Notes: a model not told the origin generated them from the sequence alone. A stretch of 64,000 nt of DNA from Candidatus Doudnabacteria bacterium (GCA_037200925.1 JBBCGO010000001.1:696235-760234), one strand, 5' to 3'; positions 40,193 to 48,565 are shown, numbered from the stretch's first letter. Numbers and translations: made by a program.

Positions 40193-41548
40193 TTGCTTAA
40201 GAAAATGAAACTGAAAGAAACAAATATTGTCGTCCTGTTTACTATAGGCGGACTGCTGATTTTATCCATAAATCTAGCACAAGCTACAGATTATTCTTCC
40301 GCCAATTTCACCGTGACCAATCCGGTAATTGATACAGGCAGTGCTTCGTCGTCATCCGCTAATTTTGGTCTGGGGCAATCTTCCTCCCAAACCGCCATCG
40401 GTAGATCTTCATCCGGCAGTTTTCAGGTCTGGAGCGGGTTTCAATATTTTTTCAAAGTCAATGCCAATACGTTAACCGCGACCGCGGGAGACGGCTTGAT
40501 TGATTTGAGCTGGACCGTGCCGGCAACGTTTTTGGGGATCGCGGTTTCTTCATATGAAGTCGGTGTTGGGACCGTGTCCGGTTCCTATGTTTTTACCGAC
40601 GTAGGCAATGTTACAAGTTTTTCCAAAACGGGCTTGGCCAACGGCACGCCGTATTTTTTCAAGATCAAAGCCAAATCAGCCGGCGGTTTGCTGTTGGTGT
40701 TTTCCAACGAAGCATCAGCCACACCCGTGGGAGCAACTTATCCGACTCCTTACGCTACTCCTTATCAAACGCCGGGTGGAGGTGGTGGGGGAGGAGGCGG
40801 AGGCGGGTCACCACCCCCTCCACCGTCCGGTACCGCGAGTATTGTCCTGAAAGGTTTGGCGTCACCCGGAGCTTCTGTATTTGTTTTGCGTGACGGGGCC
40901 GTGGCCGCCACGAGCACTGCTGATCCGGCAGCGGGATTCAGCATAACCATAAGCGGCCTTGGCACAGGCATTTATTCGTTTACTCTTTATGCGGAGGATG
41001 TAAAGGGAGTGCGGACCTCTACCACCAGTTTCATACAAGCGTTGACCAATGGCGTCAGCACTACGGTTGATAATATTTTTTTGGGCCCCAGCATCGGCAC
41101 GGATAAAAGTGTTGTGAAGCTCGGCGATACTCTGAATATTTTCGGCTATACCGCGCCGACCTCGCAAGTTTCGGTATTCGTGAATTCTGCCCCGGTCATA
41201 ACTAAGGTTACCGCGGCCCAAAGCGGCGCCTGGTTTCAGGCCTTCAATACAGCCGTACTCGACCAAGGTGCGCACACCACCCGTTCACAGTCAGCCAAGG
41301 ACAATTTACTTTCGGTTTACAGCAATACCGTGGACTTTCAGGTAGGCGATACTTCCGTGCCAATCACTCCCGGCACCTGCGGCCGGTCAGACCTTAACTG
41401 CGACGGCAAGGTCAACTTGGTAGATTTTTCAATCTTGCTGTTCTTTTGGCAGCAGACCAACCCGTCAAATCCCAGAGCCGATATTAAGAAAGACGGCGTT
41501 GTCGATCTGACGGATTTTTCAATATTATTATTTGATTGGTCTGGCTGA
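40193..41548 (+). CDS. secreted protein with fibronectin type III domain, Gly/Pro linker and C-terminal dockerin-like repeats
   Basis: Signal peptide. FN3-like (LSWTVPA...YEV...NGTPYFFKIKA). G13-P5 linker. Two dockerin-type Ca-binding repeats (DLNCDGKVNLVDFSILL, DIKKDGVVDLTDFSILL). Confidence 0.7.
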   Translation: MLKKMKLKETNIVVLFTIGGLLILSINLAQATDYSSANFTVTNPVIDTGSASSSSANFGLGQSSSQTAIGRSSSGSFQVWSGFQYFFKVNANTLTATAGDGLIDLSWTVPATFLGIAVSSYEVGVGTVSGSYVFTDVGNVTSFSKTGLANGTPYFFKIKAKSAGGLLLVFSNEASATPVGATYPTPYATPYQTPGGGGGGGGGGGSPPPPPSGTASIVLKGLASPGASVFVLRDGAVAATSTADPAAGFSITISGLGTGIYSFTLYAEDVKGVRTSTTSFIQALTNGVSTTVDNIFLGPSIGTDKSVVKLGDTLNIFGYTAPTSQVSVFVNSAPVITKVTAAQSGAWFQAFNTAVLDQGAHTTRSQSAKDNLLSVYSNTVDFQVGDTSVPITPGTCGRSDLNCDGKVNLVDFSILLFFWQQTNPSNPRADIKKDGVVDLTDFSILLFDWSG

Positions 41549-41549
41549 T

Positions 41550-42779
41550 ATGAAGAAAAAAAATAAAAATCGAATTTGCGAGCGAAGCGAAGCAATCTAT
41601 TCCATGTCTAAGATTGCTTCGTCGCTGCGCTCCTCGCAAATGCCTATTATGCTTGGCTTGGTTTTATTTATCTTGTTTTTTAGCGTCTGCTCTCGAGCTC
41701 ACGCAGCCGTTCTCTTTTCCGGCGCTGCCAATCAGGACGTTTACGAAGGCCAGACGTTTGTAGTGGATTGGTATCTTGATTCCGAAGGCAAATCCATCAA
41801 TTCCCTTGATCTGAAACTGAATTTTTCCAAGGATACGTTGGAAGTATCCAATGCCACCGCAGGCAACAGCCTGATCAGTCTTTGGATAAAAGATCCGACC
41901 GCTGACAATTCAAACGGCAATGTTGAACTGGTGGGCGGGATCACAAACGGCATTAACAGCAACAAAATTCCGGTTTTCAGGACAGTATTTCGGGCCAAAA
42001 CCGCGGGGGCCGGATTTATTAATCTGGATCCCTCTTCAGTTGTTTTGTTGAATGACGGATCAGGAAGCAATGAACCGCTTAGATTTAAGAACGAAACGTT
42101 CGATGTCCTTCCTAAAGGTTTTATACCCATCCTAATCACCTCAACCAGCCATCCTGATCCCGATGCGTGGTACAAAAATCGTGACGTGGTGATCAAATTT
42201 ACCCCCAAAACGGGCGAAGACTACAGTTACAGTTTCAGTTCAAACATAGATATTATTCCGGATGATAAAAAACAGGATGTGCCGGCGCAGATTTCGTACC
42301 CAAACATGCCGGACGGCATTTATTACTTTAAATTGAATTCCAAAGTAGGAGATGCTAATTGGAGCGAGGCGGCAGTGTTTCGGGTCCAGATCGATGCCAC
42401 ACCACCTGAACCTTTCAGTCCGGCCATCGCTTCAGATCCGACGATCTTCGGCGGAAATAAATTTGTAAGTTTTTCCACAGTGGACAAAATCTCGGGAATA
42501 TCGTATTATAAAGTCCAAGTTGGTTTGTTCGGCCGATCCATTGAAACACAAAGTCCCTATAAATTGTCAAAACCTTTCGTCGGCGATTCGGTTCAGGTTG
42601 AAGCCGTAGATATAGCGGGGAACATGCGAGATGCCAGCATTGCGTTTCCCGGTTTTCTTTCAACAAAAGCATTTGAATGGATTTTAGTTTTGATAGGTCT
42701 TGCGGCAATTGCCCTGGGTTTTCGAAAACAAATCACAAAATTCATAACAAAAAGAAATGAAAATAACATCTCAACATAA
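41550..42779 (+). CDS. membrane-anchored cohesin-like domain protein 1
   Basis: N-terminal signal region. Cohesin-like beta-sandwich (VVDWYLDSEGKSINSLDLKLNFSKDTLEV...VFRTVFRAKTAGAGFINLDPSSVVLLNDGSGS). Second beta domain. C-terminal TM helix. Start codon uncertain (41550, 41604 or 41640). Confidence 0.6.
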   Translation: MKKKNKNRICERSEAIYSMSKIASSLRSSQMPIMLGLVLFILFFSVCSRAHAAVLFSGAANQDVYEGQTFVVDWYLDSEGKSINSLDLKLNFSKDTLEVSNATAGNSLISLWIKDPTADNSNGNVELVGGITNGINSNKIPVFRTVFRAKTAGAGFINLDPSSVVLLNDGSGSNEPLRFKNETFDVLPKGFIPILITSTSHPDPDAWYKNRDVVIKFTPKTGEDYSYSFSSNIDIIPDDKKQDVPAQISYPNMPDGIYYFKLNSKVGDANWSEAAVFRVQIDATPPEPFSPAIASDPTIFGGNKFVSFSTVDKISGISYYKVQVGLFGRSIETQSPYKLSKPFVGDSVQVEAVDIAGNMRDASIAFPGFLSTKAFEWILVLIGLAAIALGFRKQITKFITKRNENNIST

Positions 42780-43758
42780 ATCCGGAATGACAATCCTCGG
42801 TTTTCTGGCGGTTTTTTTGTTTTTGCCCCAAATTTCTCACGCCGCAACCATATTCACCACTCCCTCCTCAGGAAGTTTTGGAGTAGGCTCTTCTTTTACA
42901 GTTTCCATAAAAACCAACACGCAGGGAGCTGCGGTCAACACTGCTGAAGCCACGATCTCTTATTCCACCGACACCCTGGACCTGGTCTCGGTCAAACAAG
43001 GTTCAACTTTTTTCCTCTCCGCACCCGGTTCGCCTGCCAAAGGAACAGGCACCGCTTATTTTGGCGGGGGAGTGCCCTCACCGGGTTACAATGGTAGCGG
43101 GGGCACTCTCGGTACCGCCACATTCCGCGCCAAGGCAGCGGGGGCAGCGACTGTCACTATCAGTTCCGGCAAGGTTTTATTGAATGACGGCAATGGCACT
43201 GATGCTTTTTCAGGCGGTTCAGGCGGCCGGTTTAATATTACGGCACCGGCGCCTTACGCAACCCCTTCAACATCACCGGCAGGCGCGTTAACCGTAACAG
43301 TGACATCCGGTACACATCCGGTGCAGGATAATTCGTACAGCAGCCGCGATGTTATTCTGAACTGGGATAGGCCGGCTGGTGTTTTTGGCTATAGTTTTGC
43401 GCTGGACCAAATTCCGGATACGATCCCTGACAATACATTAGATACGACGGTCACCACTACCAAGACATACACCGGTTTAGCGGACGGGACCTGGTATTTT
43501 CATATCAAGGCTCGTACGCAATCTTCTTCTGCCGGGTTTGGACCGACTACAAATTTTAAAATCCAAATTAATACCCAAAATCCAGCATCGCTGACTCCTC
43601 CGGCACCGATAGCGGCACCGGGTTCGGCAAGCGTCGGGTTTTTTCAGAGCACCGTGTCCGTTCCGGTCTATATTTTGTATTCACTGATTGTGCTGATCCT
43701 GATCTTGTCCGGATTTTTAATTTGGTTTATGGCTAAGAGCAGTAAGAAAAAGCGTTGA
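42757..43758 (+). CDS. membrane-anchored cohesin-like domain protein 2
   Basis: Signal peptide. Cohesin-like (VNTAEATISYSTDTLDLVSVKQG...GTATFRAKAAGAATVTISSGKVLLNDGNGT). Conserved second domain (GTWYFHIKAR). C-terminal TM plus KKKR. Confidence 0.6.
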   Translation: MKITSQHKSGMTILGFLAVFLFLPQISHAATIFTTPSSGSFGVGSSFTVSIKTNTQGAAVNTAEATISYSTDTLDLVSVKQGSTFFLSAPGSPAKGTGTAYFGGGVPSPGYNGSGGTLGTATFRAKAAGAATVTISSGKVLLNDGNGTDAFSGGSGGRFNITAPAPYATPSTSPAGALTVTVTSGTHPVQDNSYSSRDVILNWDRPAGVFGYSFALDQIPDTIPDNTLDTTVTTTKTYTGLADGTWYFHIKARTQSSSAGFGPTTNFKIQINTQNPASLTPPAPIAAPGSASVGFFQSTVSVPVYILYSLIVLILILSGFLIWFMAKSSKKKR

Positions 43759-45179
43759 TGAAAAAAATATTAATTGTTTTCGGAATCGTATTTGCTTTCG
43801 CGGTTTTGCCGCGGATGGTTTTGGCTGCAACTTTATATGCCAGCCCCTCCTCAGGAAGTTTTGGAGTAGGCTCTTCTTTTACAGTTTCCATAAAAACCAA
43901 CACGCAGGGAGCTGCGGTCAACACTGCTGAAGCCACGATCTCTTATTCCACCGACACCCTGGACCTGGTCTCGGTCAAACAAGGTTCAACTTTTTTCCTC
44001 TCCGCACCCGGTTCGCCTGCCAAAGGAACAGGCACCGCTTATTTTGGCGGGGGATTACCGACTCCAGGATATAATGATACTGCCGGCGTACTCGGCACCA
44101 TGACGTTCCGCGCCAAAGCTTCAGGCACGGGAATTGTTACGATCGATTCAGGAAAAGTTTTGTTGAATGACGGCAATGGCACCAATGCTTTTACTTCCAG
44201 CTCAGGCGGCCGATTTACGATAACAGCAGCATCGCTCCCAGCCGGCGCGGTCACAGTAACAAGCGTCACGGATCCGGTTTCTGATGATTGGTATAACCAA
44301 CCCAATGCGACTTTCAGCTGGGATCGGCCGGCCGGCGTTTTTGGTTATAGTTTTGTGCTGGATCAAATTCCTGATACTGTCCCGGATGATATTTTAGACA
44401 CGACTATCACAACTTCTAAATCATACACGGGTTTAACAGACGGAACTTGGTATTTCCATATTAAAGCGCGGGTGCAATCCGCATCTGCCGGGTTTGGCCG
44501 GACCACGGATTATAAAATTCAGGTTGATACGTCGTCGTCGCCGGCTTTTGAGGTGAAACTGCTCGGGGGAACTGATGCTAATCATGTGACCCAAACACCC
44601 ACGATAATATTTGAGGCAATGGATGCAACATCCGGCATTGATCATTATGAAATAGTCCTTGATAACCGGACAATCGCAAATAAAGCTGACTCGCCATATA
44701 CTTTTGATAAGATCGCAACCCCGGGCGCGCATTTAATCAAGGTTTTGGCTTTTGATAAAGCGGGTAACGAACAAACTGCCCAGCTGCCGATCCAGATCTC
44801 TGTGGCGGGCGGATTTTTGCAAAAAACCTGGACGCTCCCTGTATATCTTTTGCTGATCGTCAATCTGCTGATCCTGCTGATAATAACGCTGATCCTGTGG
44901 CTGATATTCAAGCGGAAGAAAAAGCGGACTGCTGTATCTGACGAGATCGCGGATATTCAAGCCGAGATCGATCACAGTTTGGAGCAACTGAAGCAGAGGA
45001 TCAACAATAAGCTTTTGACTCTGACAGCGCGGTCAACCCAGGAAATATTTAATAAGGAAGAACAAGCGTCTAAAGATATTTCGGTCAGCGTGAACAAAAC
45101 CCGCAAGAGCGTGGATAAGAAGATAGGCAAACTTTCCAGAAAAATTTCGAAACAAAAAGAAGACAAAATTTTAGAATAA
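43755..45179 (+). CDS. membrane-anchored cohesin-like domain protein 3 (with extra domain and coiled-coil tail)
   Basis: Paralog of 42757..43758 over the first ~250 aa. An additional beta domain. TM helix. Charged C-terminal tail. Confidence 0.6.
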   Translation: MMKKILIVFGIVFAFAVLPRMVLAATLYASPSSGSFGVGSSFTVSIKTNTQGAAVNTAEATISYSTDTLDLVSVKQGSTFFLSAPGSPAKGTGTAYFGGGLPTPGYNDTAGVLGTMTFRAKASGTGIVTIDSGKVLLNDGNGTNAFTSSSGGRFTITAASLPAGAVTVTSVTDPVSDDWYNQPNATFSWDRPAGVFGYSFVLDQIPDTVPDDILDTTITTSKSYTGLTDGTWYFHIKARVQSASAGFGRTTDYKIQVDTSSSPAFEVKLLGGTDANHVTQTPTIIFEAMDATSGIDHYEIVLDNRTIANKADSPYTFDKIATPGAHLIKVLAFDKAGNEQTAQLPIQISVAGGFLQKTWTLPVYLLLIVNLLILLIITLILWLIFKRKKKRTAVSDEIADIQAEIDHSLEQLKQRINNKLLTLTARSTQEIFNKEEQASKDISVSVNKTRKSVDKKIGKLSRKISKQKEDKILE

Positions 45180-45183
45180 AAAG

Positions 45184-45212
45184 AAAACGCGGATCCAGAG
45201 GATTCGCGTTTT
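45184..45212. terminator. bidirectional intrinsic terminator closing the surface locus
   Basis: AAAA-cgcgga-tccagagga-ttcgcg-TTTT. Paralogous to 45949-45977. Confidence 0.6.
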
Positions 45213-45222
45213 GACTCCCGCC

Positions 45223-45540
45223 TTAGGGTTGATTTTCCAGCAGAGAGCGGACCTTGTCCAGGAACTGCTGCTCTGTGAAAGGCCATGTGATCTCCGGTAT
45301 TCCGTTTCCTGCCAGAACCGGCGTAGTCACGAGGATTGTTTGGCCTGACAAAGATAAGTCTTTAACTACGATCCCGCCTCGATCGCCGATTTCATCGATG
45401 ACGATCAGATCTTGCCGGCTGCAGAATCTTTTGAGCTCATCCGCGTCCCTCGCACGCATAACCTGATACTCGTCATGCAGCCAGGTATGAAAGCGGTCAA
45501 GCTTGGTCTTCCTGATGCCTGCGATGAGAACTTTTTTCAT
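45223..45540 (-). CDS. atypical (pseudo-)receiver domain protein
   Basis: REC-like beta-alpha pattern (KVLIAG, DLIVIDEIG, TILVTT, PFTEQQFLDKV) but lacking the N-terminal acidic pair. Confidence 0.45.
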   Translation of the reverse strand: MKKVLIAGIRKTKLDRFHTWLHDEYQVMRARDADELKRFCSRQDLIVIDEIGDRGGIVVKDLSLSGQTILVTTPVLAGNGIPEITWPFTEQQFLDKVRSLLENQP

Positions 45541-45902
45541 TTGCCGGCTCCGATCGAACGATCTCTTTCGCGGGGTTGGTTCGGGTTAACGACCACTACC
45601 TTGTATAGATAGTGACGGTGTTCATCGCCTTTGACAACACGTATTCTGTAAGCTGAGTTTGTGTGCTTCAAAGCTTCGGAGAGCCGATTGAAGGAGATCT
45701 TCTCATGGCTCCATCGGACGACACCGAGATATTGCAGTCTGGTTATGACCTCGTCGTAGCTGATGGGCTGATTGGAATTATCTTTGAAGACCTTTAAGTA
45801 CGCTAAAAAGAGAGGTCTGAGATTGAGAGAGAGAATTGCAGCCCAGTCCGACTCGGTTAACCGGTCCGTCACAATTTTTTCATACGCCCTTTGAGCGGCC
45901 AC
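45537..45902 (-). CDS. hypothetical protein
   Basis: 121-aa ORF overlapping the downstream gene by 4 nt (operon). GGAGG SD. Confidence 0.45.
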   Translation of the reverse strand: MAAQRAYEKIVTDRLTESDWAAILSLNLRPLFLAYLKVFKDNSNQPISYDEVITRLQYLGVVRWSHEKISFNRLSEALKHTNSAYRIRVVKGDEHRHYLYKVVVVNPNQPRERDRSIGAGK

Positions 45903-45923
45903 TTGCTCCTCCTTCTGACTTTA

Positions 45924-45934
45924 GAATATATCAG
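45924..45934 (-). promoter_or_regulatory. extended -10 promoter (cTGATATATTc) for the 45902 gene
   Basis: Member of a 5-copy conserved promoter motif cTGnTATAnT in this array. Confidence 0.35.
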
Positions 45935-45948
45935 ATTTAAGCAAAAAG

Positions 45949-45977
45949 AAAACGCGGATTACGGGAATCCGCGTTTT
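45949..45977. terminator. bidirectional terminator downstream of the 45986 gene
   Basis: aaaacgcggatt-acggg-aatccgcgtttt, a perfect 12-bp stem. Confidence 0.6.
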
Positions 45978-45985
45978 GAGCAGGC

Positions 45986-46168
45986 TTACCTGAAAATTAG
46001 TTGGTGTGGACCTGCGATTTCGACTTTTCCTGCAAGTTCCAGCACACTTATTTTGAGATCTTTGCTCCTATCAGGCGCTTCTGTAGTGAGGCTGACAACG
46101 ACTGTGTCGCCAACTTCAAACAGCATCCAAACTCCTGGCGTGTCTTTTTGAGACACGTAAACTTTCAT
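45986..46168 (-). CDS. small hypothetical protein (60 aa)
   Basis: GGAGG SD 4 nt upstream of the ATG. Own terminator. Confidence 0.4.
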   Translation of the reverse strand: MKVYVSQKDTPGVWMLFEVGDTVVVSLTTEAPDRSKDLKISVLELAGKVEIAGPHQLIFR

Positions 46169-46290
46169 GCGTCCTCCGTAGACTTTCGCTCGCCGCTAGT
46201 GTAGCATACCTAGCGCGTTTCGCAGTCCGAACTCAACGGGAAGAAACTTGATGACCATGTAACTCAAGAGAGCGTAGAAGAAAAAAAATG

Positions 46291-46461
46291 CTATGAATAA
46301 CCCGATAAGTTTCCGGCGCGGGATCTCTTGCACTCGCTCTCCTTATCCGTGGGTATTTGCCGCCGGTTCTTTAGGTAGGACACTCTGAGACTCAACCAGT
46401 CGTACCCTTCGCCCGCAATATAGAGAGAGTACCCGATCAAGTACCCAAGGAGTTTCTTCAT
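46291..46461 (-). CDS. small hydrophobic protein (56 aa)
   Basis: AGGAGG SD 6 nt upstream of the internal ATG (MKKLLGYLIGYSLYIAG...). The longer 105-aa track ORF lacks an SD and runs into a terminator. Confidence 0.4.
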   Translation of the reverse strand: MKKLLGYLIGYSLYIAGEGYDWLSLRVSYLKNRRQIPTDKESECKRSRAGNLSGYS

Positions 46462-46497
46462 CTTATCCTCCTGCCAGGTCCATGTTATGGACATTTG

Positions 46498-46508
46498 AAT
46501 ATAGCAGG
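46498..46508 (-). promoter_or_regulatory. extended -10 promoter (cTGCTATATTc)
   Basis: Same motif family. An adjacent inverted repeat TTGGCAA-N3-TTGCCAA lies at 46511-46527. Confidence 0.3.
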
Positions 46509-46570
46509 TTTGGCAAGTTTTGCCAATCCATAGAAATACTAATGAGTTTGCTACTGAGCAAAAAAAATCC

Positions 46571-46602
46571 TCCCAGCTCTGTTGCAGAACTAAGAGGAGT
46601 TT
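46571..46602 (-). terminator. terminator-like hairpin containing conserved GTTGCAGAACTAAGAGG half-site, copy 1
   Basis: Minus strand: hairpin then TTTTTTTT, immediately 3' of the 46605 gene. Confidence 0.45.
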
Positions 46603-46604
46603 GA

Positions 46605-47033
46605 TCACTTTTTTTTCTTCAAGTAATCGTTGTTCAAGTGCTTAGCTATCGCCTCCGCCATTGACTGGCGGTTGGCCGCGCCCCGGCCTTTGTTCACGGA
46701 GTAACTCCAGAGCACGATGCCGTCTTTACTGACCAGAGTGACCGAAGTGGAACCCGTATCTGCGATCCCGGCGCAATAGGCAAACAGACACCTTGCGATC
46801 TTGCCGGCTCCGCTTTCAGATTTGATTTCTACTTTCGTCGCCTTTAGCGTGTAGGTCGAGCCTTCTTCTTTGGTCGTCACCTGCACTGCGACTTCCTTTT
46901 TCAGCATGGCGGCGGCGATGTATGTATCAAAGCCGTCTTCCATGGGTTCGATGTAGAGCGTCGGCTTCGGTGCCTGAGCGAGCGCATTCGCCGTTACAGT
47001 CAGCACCATGAGCATCATCAGCAATCGTTTCAT
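46605..47033 (-). CDS. secreted protein with signal peptide, unknown function
   Basis: MKRLLMMLMVLTVTANALAQA signal peptide. Confidence 0.6.
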   Translation of the reverse strand: MKRLLMMLMVLTVTANALAQAPKPTLYIEPMEDGFDTYIAAAMLKKEVAVQVTTKEEGSTYTLKATKVEIKSESGAGKIARCLFAYCAGIADTGSTSVTLVSKDGIVLWSYSVNKGRGAANRQSMAEAIAKHLNNDYLKKKK

Positions 47034-47052
47034 CGGTCCTTCTTCCTGTGGG

Positions 47053-47469
47053 TTATTCGTCCGGGATTGGAATTTCTTCGGTCCGGTCCTCTACGCCGAA
47101 GATAAGTTTCGGGTTCATCATCTCCTGTTTTGAAAGCTCGGCCGTGATCTTGCTGCCGCCGGATTCAAGCAGTTTTTCCGCCAATCTCAAATAGAGCACG
47201 TCTTTTTCTTCTTGACTGCGTGCAAACGGCTCGATAGCGGTGCTTATGTATGCATCAAAGAAATGAAGCATGTCCTCATCCAGCCGCGCGGTGAAGCCAG
47301 GTTGGGCGCTTGCTTCTTTCGCAGACAGGAGCGCTACGAGAAACGAAGCTAGCCCCATGATCCACGCATCCGGTTGGTTTGCTTCCAAAATATTGTCGAA
47401 GAGCTTTTCCAAAAGTTTTTGCCTCTGCATATCACGAACCTGCCAGGCGGGCGCTGTTCCTTCTGACAT
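47053..47469 (-). CDS. hypothetical protein
   Basis: 138 aa, 19 nt upstream of the secreted-protein gene (operon). Confidence 0.55.
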   Translation of the reverse strand: MSEGTAPAWQVRDMQRQKLLEKLFDNILEANQPDAWIMGLASFLVALLSAKEASAQPGFTARLDEDMLHFFDAYISTAIEPFARSQEEKDVLYLRLAEKLLESGGSKITAELSKQEMMNPKLIFGVEDRTEEIPIPDE

Positions 47470-47537
47470 AAGTCCTCCAAATCTTTTGATTGGTAAGGTC
47501 AGAGTTTCAGGCGGGTTTGCGTCGGTTCCGGACGTTT

Positions 47538-47568
47538 GAATATATCAGTTTTTGTCCGCAATGTCAAT
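47538..47568 (-). promoter_or_regulatory. promoter: TTGACA - 18 nt - extended -10 cTGATATATTc
   Basis: The -35 is rc of 47563-47568; the -10 is rc of 47539-47548. Confidence 0.4.
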
Positions 47569-47607
47569 TGGTCAGTTCCCATTTTTTTAAAAAAGGACAA
47601 AAGAAAA

Positions 47608-47640
47608 CCTCTCAGTTCTGTTGCAGAACTAAGAGGTTGA
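47608..47640 (-). terminator. terminator hairpin with conserved GTTGCAGAACTAAGAGG half-site, copy 2
   Basis: cctctcagttctg-ttg-cagaactaagagg, then T-rich run on the minus strand. Confidence 0.5.
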
Positions 47641-47671
47641 ATTGCCTGGGGCTCAAGCAAACCTCAGGCAG

Positions 47672-47944
47672 TCAGCTATCGGAGGTTTTTTGGCGTTGCT
47701 CCAAAAATCTTCCTATACCCAGTATTTTCATCTTGTAGTTTATAACACGCGGGCTGATAGAAAGAAGTTCGGCTGCGCCTTTTTGCACCCAGTCACTCAT
47801 CCTGAGCGCTTCGATGATCGCCTGGCGCTCTATCTCTTTGAGGGAAGTGCCGGCGAGCGGAATGTGTACCAGTTTGCCGCAGGGTGGTTCATCAATTTTA
47901 TCGGGAGGCGGTTCCCGTCCTCCTCCGTCGAGTCCGTGGCTCAT
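47672..47944 (-). CDS. Fis-family HTH DNA-binding protein (NtrC C-terminal-domain-like), stand-alone
   Basis: TSLKEIERQAIIEALRMSDWVQKGAAELLSISPRVINYKMKILGI matches the Fis/HTH_8 pattern. Confidence 0.6.
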   Translation of the reverse strand: MSHGLDGGGREPPPDKIDEPPCGKLVHIPLAGTSLKEIERQAIIEALRMSDWVQKGAAELLSISPRVINYKMKILGIGRFLEQRQKTSDS

Positions 47945-47973
47945 GCGGCTCCTCCTGTCGTTAAAGGAAGTTT

Positions 47974-48134
47974 TAGATAAGCGCGGCGTATGCCAGCATC
48001 GTAGCCAGCAAGAGAGCGGCGATCACCAGCCGTTTGTCTTTCTTGGGCGTAACCCGCTGGATCTTTCTGAGTGCAAAAACCGCCAGGGCGAGAATAGCCA
48101 CTCCGGATAAGACTTGGAAGTCGGTAGCATCCAT
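47974..48134 (-). CDS. small single-TM membrane protein (53 aa); absent from ORF track
   Basis: AGGAGG SD 5 nt upstream of the ATG. MDATDFQVLSGVAILALAVFAL... Sits between the REC and HTH genes. Confidence 0.45.
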
Positions 48135-48149
48135 TGTCCCTCCTTTCGT

Positions 48150-48488
48150 CTACAGTGCCAGAAGTTTTTCTAGCAGCAAGTCTGGTGCATCCTTAGAGTT
48201 TTTCCAGACGAATGGCATGCCTTCGGGTACGTCCACAGGCCGCATGGTCGAGAACAGCACCACTTTTTTCCCCTGCGTCAGGAGTTGCTGCACGAACCGG
48301 AAACCGTCGTTGCGATTTTTCGGGTCAAGCGTGCCGTCGCAGATGATGCCGTCGAACCGGTCGTTGGACATTTCTTCGAGCGCACGAGAGATCTTGTCGG
48401 CCCAGACGACTTCGTGGCCGTGATCTTGCAAGTAACCTTGGACTGTCTTGGCCAGTTGTTCGTGGTCCTCGATATACAGGATCTTCAT
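48150..48488 (-). CDS. stand-alone response-regulator receiver (REC) domain protein
   Basis: Canonical REC residues: ED acidic pair, phosphoacceptor D in GIICDG, T in VVLFST, K in WKNSK. Confidence 0.7.
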   Translation of the reverse strand: MKILYIEDHEQLAKTVQGYLQDHGHEVVWADKISRALEEMSNDRFDGIICDGTLDPKNRNDGFRFVQQLLTQGKKVVLFSTMRPVDVPEGMPFVWKNSKDAPDLLLEKLLAL

Positions 48489-48554
48489 CTAAAGCCTCCG
48501 CTTTCGATTGTTCAGGTCTGTGTTCAGTCGTAGTTTGGGCCGGTTCTGACATTA

Positions 48555-48565
48555 AACTATATCAG
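48555..48565 (-). promoter_or_regulatory. extended -10 promoter (cTGATATAGTt) for the REC-TM-HTH operon
   Basis: Same conserved motif family. Confidence 0.35.

Noticed and set aside
46291-46608. 105-aa version of the small ORF
   Set aside because: The upstream part has no RBS and extends through the terminator hairpin of the neighbouring gene. The internal ATG with AGGAGG SD (56-aa product) is preferred.
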